From the human T2T-CHM13v2.0 reference genome, Homo sapiens, in the NCBI RefSeq assembly GCF_009914755.1, contig NC_060930.1: a stretch of 64,000 nt of DNA, one strand, 5' to 3'. Each line of letters starts with the position of its first letter. Within the stretch, counting starts at the first letter, position 1. The translations under genes and the position numbers were made by a program. The notes below the pieces were generated by a model. It was not told the DNA's origin. It ran no database searches and saw only the letters and a list, made by a program, of their open reading frames with translations. This document shows positions 54,711 through 64,000 of this stretch, one piece after another.

Positions 54711-56744
54711 AAGATGGTAGTCACCATCCTTTCTGGCACTAATATTTAGAATTACTGTGGCCCACAGAGTCTTTCCCAAAAGATTGCAATAATTTGTACT
54801 CCCAACTACCAATATATGAGCCTGCTTATTTTCCCATATTCTTATTAGTATTACATATTATCAGTCTTTTTCATTGTGCACTATTTGTTGGGTGCAAATG
54901 TACCTCATTGTTTTTTAAATTTCATATGTTTATTAATCATTTGCATGTTCACTTCTAGGAATTGCCTGTTTATGTCATTTGGCCACTTTTATTTTGGATT
55001 GTCTTTTGTTTATCTTGAGGGGCTGTTTTATAAATTGCCAATACTTTGTCTATCAGATGTAGTCTAAATACTTTGTTCCACTGTCTTTTAAACATGTGAC
55101 TTGAAGCATTTAGACATGTTTCTGTTCAAAGAAATGTAAGAATATGAATTTTCCCTTTTATTATTCAGAAGACATAAAAGGTGTTTCTTTATGATGCTTT
55201 TTTGCAGTAAAGGACTATTTTCAAGGGTTAAGGCTCCTAATCAAATTGCAGCTGTACTTAGTAGCAAGTTGTGTACAAAATCCTACCTTTCAGGAACAAG
55301 GAAAAAGAAAGATAATTGCTAGGCTAGGTTTAAATAATTTGACTTATAGCAGAATTCTTTATAAGTCAGTGATAAGTAACAAAGTTTATTTTTCTTTTTC
55401 TTTGGTTTTAGTAAAACAAAAAACCCAATTGGTCCCCAGGGTAATCAAGCCATGATTCTGTGAGCAAAGAATAATGATTTCATAAAATAATATATTCCAT
55501 TTATATAACAATTTATAGTTTTCCAAGTACTTTTATAAATATTATCATATTTGATCCTCAAAAACAAAACCGTTTCTCAGAAGGTAAACCAGAAGTTCAT
55601 AAAAGCTAACTCTGGTGACTGGGATTCCATGTTGATTCTGTGACAGAGCCAGGCCCCCTGCCTTCTATGGAGGATTTCTATTACTTAACTAAATTATTTA
55701 GATTTTCAATAAACAAAAATGTTAAAGTAAGAAAATGATATTAGAGTATTAAGTTGAACAGGTTAGGCCTTAAAATGTATTTATTCTTTTTGTTCTAATA
55801 AAAATGTTAAGATCATATCTATCTCCTCCTGTCTTACAAAAGCAGACAGACATCTATCTACCTGTAGTTTATTCTTGCCCCAGGTCAGTGCTGACAATTC
55901 ATAGAATACAAGTCAGCAGGGTCGAGAGAGGCTTCTCGCAAATATTTCTCTGTGATTTTAGTGTCTGTGATCTGTATGTGGGCTACAGTACAAGATTTTA
56001 AAGTAGGGATCATTTATACAATCTGAAACACTTTGGGCTCACCTATCTTTATTAACCAAGCTTAATTCCAGATCTGCCCATGTGTTCCTGACTCAGCTGG
56101 CCCCTGCCATTCTTAATTAATCCCGTTCAGTCCTGGTATATTTAATCTTTTATGCCACCTGTTTCCAAATACTCTGTCAAGGCCTGGCTGGGTTACTGCT
56201 CCATTCAAGCCTTCCTATTTTGGCTTCTCAATTCTGGATTGCTGTGTTTCAGAGTTTCGTTTCACTGAGTCATGAACTGGGCAGCACCTCCAACTTTCCT
56301 CTTATTTCAAATAATTCTGGCCTTGAGCACTTCCTTGCTATTTAGCCTGAGGCATGAGAAGACCTTGGTCTGCCAAATAAGAGAGCTGGCCAGCAAGGCT
56401 GAGTATCAACCTCAGTCTGGAAACCAACTTGCCTCAGCATTGCCTCGTTCCAATGAGCAAAGAGCCTCAGGAGGTCTGGGGAAAAGGTTCAGAGAACTGT
56501 GGTGTTTTTCTCGTGCCAGATGTGATGATAGGACTTTGGCTTGAGACCACATGTGGAGCTTATTCACTCAAACTTGTTATAGAATATCTACTTTTCTTCC
56601 AGTAATGCCCTGCCAACAAAATAAAAATAAACACATGCAGAGGTAGCCTTCAGGTGCCTATAGTTACTTTCTATTAAAACAGGCTTCTTCTTGCATAACC
56701 TGTTTTTCTTCTGGAGGAAATTTTTTAAGCCATTATTTCTTTTC

Positions 56745-56890
56745 TTAATTTTATTTTTATTTTTATTTTTAAATAGAGATGGGGTCTCGTTATATTGCCC
56801 AAGCTGGTCTCAAACTCCTGGCCTCAAGTGATCCTCCCACCTAGACCTCCCAAAGAGCTGGGATTACAAGCATAAGCCACCACCTCTGTT
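56745..56890 (-). mobile_element. Alu monomer (FLAM_C-like)
   Basis: tagagatggggtctcgttatattgcccaagctggtctcaaactcctggcctcaagtgatcctcccacc. Confidence 0.85.
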
Positions 56891-57786
56891 CATAACCCAT
56901 ATATTTCTGAACTATAGCTTAACTCAATACAACCACAGCAGAAATGTTGGGGGAGTGGGGTAGCAAGAATGTTGAAAATAATACTGTAGTCTAAACATCA
57001 ACTTCATAGCTTATAGCATTACAGCTTTCTTCAAACTAGATCACTGTCATCTGTAAACAGTAAACAAGACCGTTTAGTCAGAACTTACTGTCAAAAGCAG
57101 GAGCCCTATCTGTTTAATTTTTTTCACCTAATATTTGCCTAGGACTTAGAGATATTATGTGATGACATTATTCAAATATTCAGTCCTAGGACCTTAGACT
57201 TTGTCAATTTGATGAACAGACTTCTTATATTAGGCAAAAAAAATGAAATTTATGCTTTTTTCTCTCCTTACAAAATAATTCCCTCCCAATGTCCTTTTTT
57301 TCTCAGCTTTATTGAGGTGCAATTGACAAATAAAAATTGCATATGTTTACAGTGTACATGATGTTTTGATATATGTATACATTGTGAAGTGGCTATCACT
57401 ATCAAGCTAATTAACATATCCAACATCTTGCATAGTTAACTATTTGTGTCTATGTGACAAGCATGTATAAGATCTACTCTCTAAGCAAATGTCAAGTATA
57501 CATTACATTATTATTACCTATAGCTGTCATGCTGTATAGTAGATCCCCAGAATTTATTCATCCTGCCAGAGACTTTGTAGCCTTTGAACAATACCTCCTC
57601 CTTCCACCATCCCCTGGCAACCACCATTCTACTCTCTGAGTTTGACTTTTTTAGATAAATACATGAAATTATACAGTATTTGTCTTTCTGTGCCTGGCCT
57701 ATTTCTTTCAGCATAATGTCCTCCAGGTTCATCCATGTTACCACAAATAACAGGATTCCCTTTGTTTGAGGGGCTAAATAATATTC

Positions 57787-57789
<3 letters not shown>

Positions 57790-57832
<43 letters not shown>
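57790..57832. repeat. (TG)~21 microsatellite
   Basis: Seen directly. Confidence 0.95.
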
Positions 57833-57833
<1 letters not shown>

Positions 57834-60800
57834 ACATTTTCTTTATCCATTCATTCACCAATGAACGCTTACATTAATTCCATATCTTGGCTATTGTGAA
57901 TAATGATGCAATGAATATGGGAGAACAAATACCTCTTCAATATACTGATTTCATTTCCTTTGGAGGTGTACTCAGAAGTGGGATTGCTGGATCACATGAT
58001 ACTTCTATATTTAATTTTTCTAGGAACCTCCATAATGGCTATACCAATTTACGATTTATGTTCCCATCAACAGTGTACCAGAGTTCTTCTCCACATCCTC
58101 GCCAACACTTGTTATATTTTGTCTTTATGATAATGGTCATTTTAACATGTGTAAGGTGAGATTTCCTTGGGATTTTGGTTTGCATTTCCCTGATGATTAG
58201 TAATGTTGAGCTTTTTTTTATTACATATGTTGGACATTTGTATGTCTCCTTTTGAGAAATGTCTATTAAGTTCCTTTGCCTATGTTTTAATTGGGTTATT
58301 TGTGTTCTTGTTATTGAGTTGATTGAGTTCATTTTGTATTTTGGATATTAACCCAAAACCATATAAATTATTTGCAAATATTTTCTCCCATTTTTGTGGG
58401 TTTTCTCTTCTCTCTGTTGATTATGTTCTTCATTGTGCAGAAGCTTTTTAGTCTGGTGCAATTGCATTTGTCTGTTTTTGCTTGTGTTGCCTATACTTTT
58501 GGGGTCATATTCAAATAATCATAGCCCAGCCCACCAATGTCAAGAAGCTTTTTTCCTGTGTTTTATTCTAGTAGTTTTACAATTTCAGCTCTCATGTGTA
58601 AATCTTTAATCCATTTTGAGATAAATGCCTAATTTTATTCTTCTCCATGTGGACATCTAGTTTTCCCAACACCATTTATTGAAGAGACTGTCATTTGCCT
58701 ATTGTGTGTTTTTGGACCTTTGTTGAAGATCATTGACCATAAATGCGTGGATTTGTTTCTGGGCTCTATTCTGTTCCACGAACCTATATGCCTGTTTTTG
58801 TGCCAATACTATACTCTTTTGATTACAATAGCTTTGTAGTATATTTTGAAATGAGGTAATGTGATGCCTCTAGATTTGTTCTTTTTGCTGAAGACTGTTT
58901 TGGCTATTTGTGGTCTTTTGTGGTTCCATATGAAATTTAGGATTTTTTTTCTATTTCTGTGATAAACATCATTGGAATTTTAATAGAGATTACATTGAAT
59001 CTATAGATCACTTTGGGTAGTATGGACATTTAAACAATATTCATTCTTTCAATCCATGAACACAGGATATCTCCAATTTTTTTCTTCAATTTCTTTCATA
59101 GACATTTTGTAGTTTTCAATATACAAATCTTTTATCTCTTTGGTTAAATTCATTTCTAAATATTTTTATGCTATTGTAAACGGTATTGTTTTCTAGATTT
59201 TTTTGGATGTTCATTGTTAGTAGCAGAAATGCTGATTTTTGTATGTTGATTTTGTGTCCTACAACCTTACCAAATTTATTTATTGTAACAGTTTTTGGGA
59301 TTTTTTTTTTTGGTGTAATCATTGAAATTTTCTATATATAAGATCATGTGATCTGTTTTCTATATATAAGATCATGTGATCATGTGATTTTACTTTTTCC
59401 TTTATGATTTGAAGTTTTCTATTTCTTTTTCTTGCCTAATAGCTCTGGCTAGGACTTCTAATGCTACCTTGAATAGAAGTGTTGACAATAAGTATCCTTA
59501 TCTTATTCCTAATCTTAGAGGAAAAGCTTTCAAATTTTCACCAAAGAGTGTGATGTTATCTGTGGACTTGTCATGTATGGCATTTATTATGTTCAATATC
59601 TACATTGTTAAGAGTTTTAATCATGAAAGGATGTTGAATTTGGTCAAATGTGGGTTTTTTGCATCTATAGAGATGACTATATTATTTTTATTATAAAAAT
59701 GCTATTTTTATTATTCAATCTGTTAATGTGGTGTATCGCATATATTGATTTGTGTATGTTGAGCCATCCTTGTATCTTTGGAATAAATCACACTTGATCA
59801 TGGTGTATGATCTTTTAATATGCTGTTGAATATGGCTTGCTAGTATCTTATTGAGGATTTTTACATCATTGTTCATCCTGGCTTATAATTTTTTTCTTGT
59901 GATGTCTTTTTCCAGCTTTAGTATCAGGGTAATGCTGACTTGGTAAAGTTAGTTAGATGTGTTCCCTCCTCTTTAATTTTTTGGAGGAGTTTGAGAAGGA
60001 TTGGCATTAATTCTTCTTTAAGAAGAATTCTTTGGTAGAATTCACCAGTGAAGACATCAGGTCCTGGATTTTTCTTCACTAAAAGGTTTTCAAATACAGA
60101 TTCAATCTCCTTACTTGTTTTTTGTCTGTACAGCTTTTCTATTTACTCATAATTTAGTATTGGTAAATTGTATGTTTCTGGGAATATATCCATTTTTTCT
60201 AGATTATCCAATTGTTGGCATATAATTATTAATAGTAATCTCTTATGATTCTTTGTATTTCTGTGATATCATTGTAATATCTATCTCCTTTTTATGTAAA
60301 ATTTAATTTACTTGAATTTTCTTTCTCTTTTCAATTAATTCAACTAGTTTCTCAATTTTGTTTATTATTTCCAAAAACCAACTCTAAGTATCTTTGAATT
60401 TTTCTCTTGGTTTTCTAGCCTCTATTTCACTTACTTCTGCTCTAGTCTTTATTATTTTCTTCTTTCTGCTGACTTTGGACTTAGTTTGTTCTCCTTTTTC
60501 TAGTTCCTTGAAGTGTAAGTTTAGATTATTTGAGATATGTTTCTTCCTTTATGTAGGCATTTATTACTATAAACTTCTCTCTTCAGCTCTTTCTGTTTCT
60601 GTTGGTATGTTGTGTTTCCATTTTCATTTGTCTCAAGATTTTAAAAAATATTTTCTTGGACCCATTTGTTGCTCAGGAGTATGCTGTTCAATTTTCATAT
60701 ATTTGTGGATTTTCCAATTTTCTTCCTATAATTGAGTTCTAGTTTCATACTATTGTAGTTAGAAAATATATCTGATAAGATTTTAATTTTCTTAGATTTG

Positions 60801-62103
60801 TTTTCTGGCCTAACATATAATTTATCCTAGAGACTGTTCTATGTGCACTTGAACGTGTATTCTACCGCTGTTGGGTGGAATGTTCTGTACATGTATATTA
60901 GGTCTATTTGGCCTATAACATTCTTCAAGTCTGCTGTTTTCTTTTTGATTTTCTGTCTGGATGATCTATCCATAGTTGAAAGTCAGGTACTGAAGTCCCA
61001 TACTATTATTTTATTGTTGTCTATTTTTCCTTTCAGTTCTTTTAGTACTTGCTTAATATATGAATATTTAGGTGCTCCAATGTTGGGTGCATATATATGT
61101 ACAATTGCTATATCCTCTTGATGAATCTGTCTCTTTATTATTATATAGTAACCTTCTTTGACGCTTGTGACGGTTTTTGACTTAAAGTATATTGTATCTC
61201 ATGTAAGTATAGACACTCCTGCTCTTTTTTTGGTTACCATTTTCATGCAATATTTTTTTCCCATCTCCTTACTTTCAGCCTGCATGTGTTTTTAAAGCTA
61301 AAGTGAGTCTCTCGTATGCAGCATATAGTGAGGTCTTTTTTTTTTAATCCATCAGCCACTTTATGACTTTACATTTGAGAATTTGACCCATTTACATTTA
61401 AAGTATATTATTGATAGGCAAGAACTTATTACAGCCACTTTAATTGTTTTCTCACTGTTTTGTAGTTCCTTTGTTCCATTCTTCCTCTATTGTTGTCCTC
61501 TTTTATAATGTAATGATTTTTGGTGGTAGTTTGCTTCCTTTCTCTTTATCTTTTGTGTATCTATTACAGCTTTCTGGGGGGATGCTTACCATGAGGCTTA
61601 CATAAAGTATCTTGTAGTTATAACAGCCTACTTTAAGCAGGAAACAACTCAACTTCAGCTGCATGTGGGTGTTCATTGCCACTGGACCTGCTTTACAAGA
61701 AATTCTAAAGGGAGTTCTGCAAGTTGAAATGAAAAGATGCTAAATAACAACATGAAAACATATGAAAGTATAAAGCTCACTAGAAAAGTAAGTAGTCAAA
61801 TTTAGAAAAACTCTACACTTTAACTTTCCTCCTCCATATTTTACATTACTGATGTCACAATTTACCTCTATTGTATATCATGTATATTAACAAATTATTA
61901 TAGCTATAGTTATTTTTAATACTTTTGTCTTTTAACTTTTACATTGGAGTTAAAAGTTATTTATGCACCTACATTACAATATCAGAGTATCCTGAATTTG
62001 ACTACATTCTTATTTTACAGTGAGTTTTATACTTTCTTATGTTTTGACGTTGTTAGCTTTTTTTTGTTTGTTTCAACTTGAAGAACTCCCTATAGCATTT
62101 CTT

Positions 62104-62397
62104 TTTCTTTTTCTTTTTCTTTTTTTTTTTTTTTTTGAGACAGAGTCTCACTCTGTCACCCAGGCTGGAGTGCAGTGGAGCAAACTCTGCCTCCCAGGTT
62201 CATGCCATTCTCCTGCCTCAGCCTCCCGGGTAGCTGGGACTACAGGTGCCCGCCACCATGTCCAGCTAATTTTTTTTTGTATTTTTAGTAGAGATGACTG
62301 TGTTAGCCAGGTTGGTCTCAATCTCCTGACCTCGTGATCTGCCTGCCTCAGCCTCCCAAAGTGCTGGGATTATAGGCGTGAGCCACCACACCCAGCC
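62104..62397 (-). mobile_element. AluY-like with small internal deletions
   Basis: gttcatgccattctcc and gtgttagccagg...ctcgtgatc diagnostics. 16-bp TSD CCCTATAGCATTTCTT at 62088-62103 and 62398-62413. Confidence 0.93.
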
Positions 62398-63399
62398 CCC
62401 TATAGCATTTCTTATAAGACAGGATATAGCTAACATCCCCAGGTGGTCTCCTTGCTTCCTCCATCCCACCTTGCCCCCTAAACTCTAGCATCCATTATAT
62501 GAGGCTGACCCCTTGTGTTCTGCTATGGGATATGTAAAGTGAAGACAAAGAATTCAAGAGGCTACGTGCAATTCCTGATGCTACCTGAAACTAACTCTGA
62601 TTCAAACTCTGTAATAAGTTTTCTGGTATTTGCTTAGTATTTCCTAGTTTTGCGTAGTGCAATAGCCTGTTCAATCATCCACAAAAATTGGGTAAATGCC
62701 CTTTAACTTTTTCTGTCTTCATCAAAATGGACTATAGAACTTGAAGCTGTTGGCTTTGTGTGCTCACCAGAGAGTCATCAGTTTTACAACTGAGACATTT
62801 TAGTGGTTTAGGGGGACTCCTCCCACATCTTCTCTAAACCCTTTTTTAGAAAAGGCAACTATAGGGGAATTCTGGTTATAACACCTCCTCCACACACATG
62901 CTTCCCCCTGTACCCCTCTTCAGGAAGCTGCCCATGTACTGGATCTAAAAACCTCAGACAAGTCTGAGAACTCCTGATCCAACATGCTGCCCAGGTTTCA
63001 AAGGGTTCTTATAAATCAGATTATGGCAGAAATTTCCAGACACTTTTTGGAGTGTTTGGGCATAAACAAAATCACTAATAAATATTAGATCATCCTATAG
63101 TGTCTTTACTTTCCCAGTTGTACCTATCCTGCACTTAAAAGAAATGACCCAAGGTTTCTGGACCCAGTAAAGACACTCCTAAGACAACATGAGAAGCCAG
63201 AATCCTTTGGGAGACTTTTCAATGAAGAGAGTTCAGAAAGCAAGGAAATGACAAGTCCTAACAAGTTGTTAGGAGAAAATGTACCATAATATGAATACCA
63301 AAATAAACGATATAGTTCTACATGGAGAATTCTTGCATACATTCATATTCAGGAGATTTGGGTGGGGAATGGAGTGTTCTGTTTAATTATTAGTTAGAA

Positions 63400-63870
63400 T
63401 ATAGTTTATTCATTAGAATATTGGTTTGGCTGCAGTTACAATGAGACTCAAAATAACAGCGACTTTAAAAACACATACTTTATTTGCCTGTAATACAAAA
63501 ACACAGGTTGGCAATTCAGGCTGGTAAATTAGCCCCACAATCTTGACGGTCTTCTTTTTGTCGCTCTCTCATCCTCAACAGCTGGTTTCCATCTGAAAGT
63601 CCATAATGGCTGGCTTAACTCCTATCATCCTGCCAGCTTCCCAGCCAACAAAGAGAGCACAGGGGATGAGATGGCACATCCCTTAGCTTTAAGAGCACAG
63701 CCAACAGTGTACATAGTACCTTTATTCAGAGTCCACTGGCCAGAACTGAGTCCATAGCTATAACTATCTGCAATGAGTGCTGCGAAATAGAAGCTTTAGT
63801 TGGGCAACCATAGATTCTCTTATGAGAAGAAGAGAATGGGTCCTTGAGGGCAATTATTAGTTCTTCCACA
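63400..63870 (-). mobile_element. MLT1 (MLT1J-like) LTR
   Basis: ctcaaaataacagcgacttt...ccactggccagaactgagtc...ctatctgcaa...gggcaattattagttcttccaca. Confidence 0.65.
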
Positions 63871-64000
63871 GCCTACTTTCTAAGGATTAGAATACAATAT
63901 CTAGAATTAATATAGAAAGTGGTTCTATAATTAACTACCAATCCCTTCTCACCAAAGAATTGGCAAAAAGCATAGTCTGGAGTAACTCCACTTTTATTAT

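Larger units (their letters stand above)
57295..62430 (-). mobile_element. Old L1MA (L1MA8/9-like), ~5 kb, 5'-truncated
   Basis: 3' end cagctttattgaggtgcaattgacaaataaaaattg. Degenerate ORF2 (TWMNLEDIMLKEIGQAQKDKY; FGKVVGHKINIQKS). Contains (TG)n at 57790-57832. Confidence 0.9.

Overview
Human genomic DNA from the TNFAIP3 (A20) locus, 6q23.3. Bases 1-~5725 hold the 3' half of TNFAIP3 on the + strand: the end of intron 6, coding exons 7-9 (end of the OTU domain plus all seven A20-type zinc fingers) and a ~2 kb 3' UTR dense with decay elements (AREs, a Roquin-type stem-loop, miR-29/125/let-7/23/19 seed matches, three AATAAA signals). The remaining ~58 kb has no credible protein-coding gene. It is repeat-rich intergenic DNA: a full-length antisense L1PA inserted inside an Alu, many Alus, older L1M/L2/MIR, MLT1/THE1 LTRs and hAT DNA transposons. 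Unique islands carrying NF-kB/AP-1 motif clusters are consistent with the known downstream TNFAIP3 enhancer domain, probably including the SLE-associated TT>A enhancer near 31.3 kb. I found no convincing new biological system. The most notable sequence-level observations are a 343-bp non-tandem templated duplication inside the L1 that copies an Alu-L1 junction, a candidate in-frame alternative acceptor 60 nt upstream of exon 8, and an inverted L1 fragment nested in an old L1MA. Repeat subfamily names and SNP identities come from recall of consensus sequences and literature and need database confirmation.
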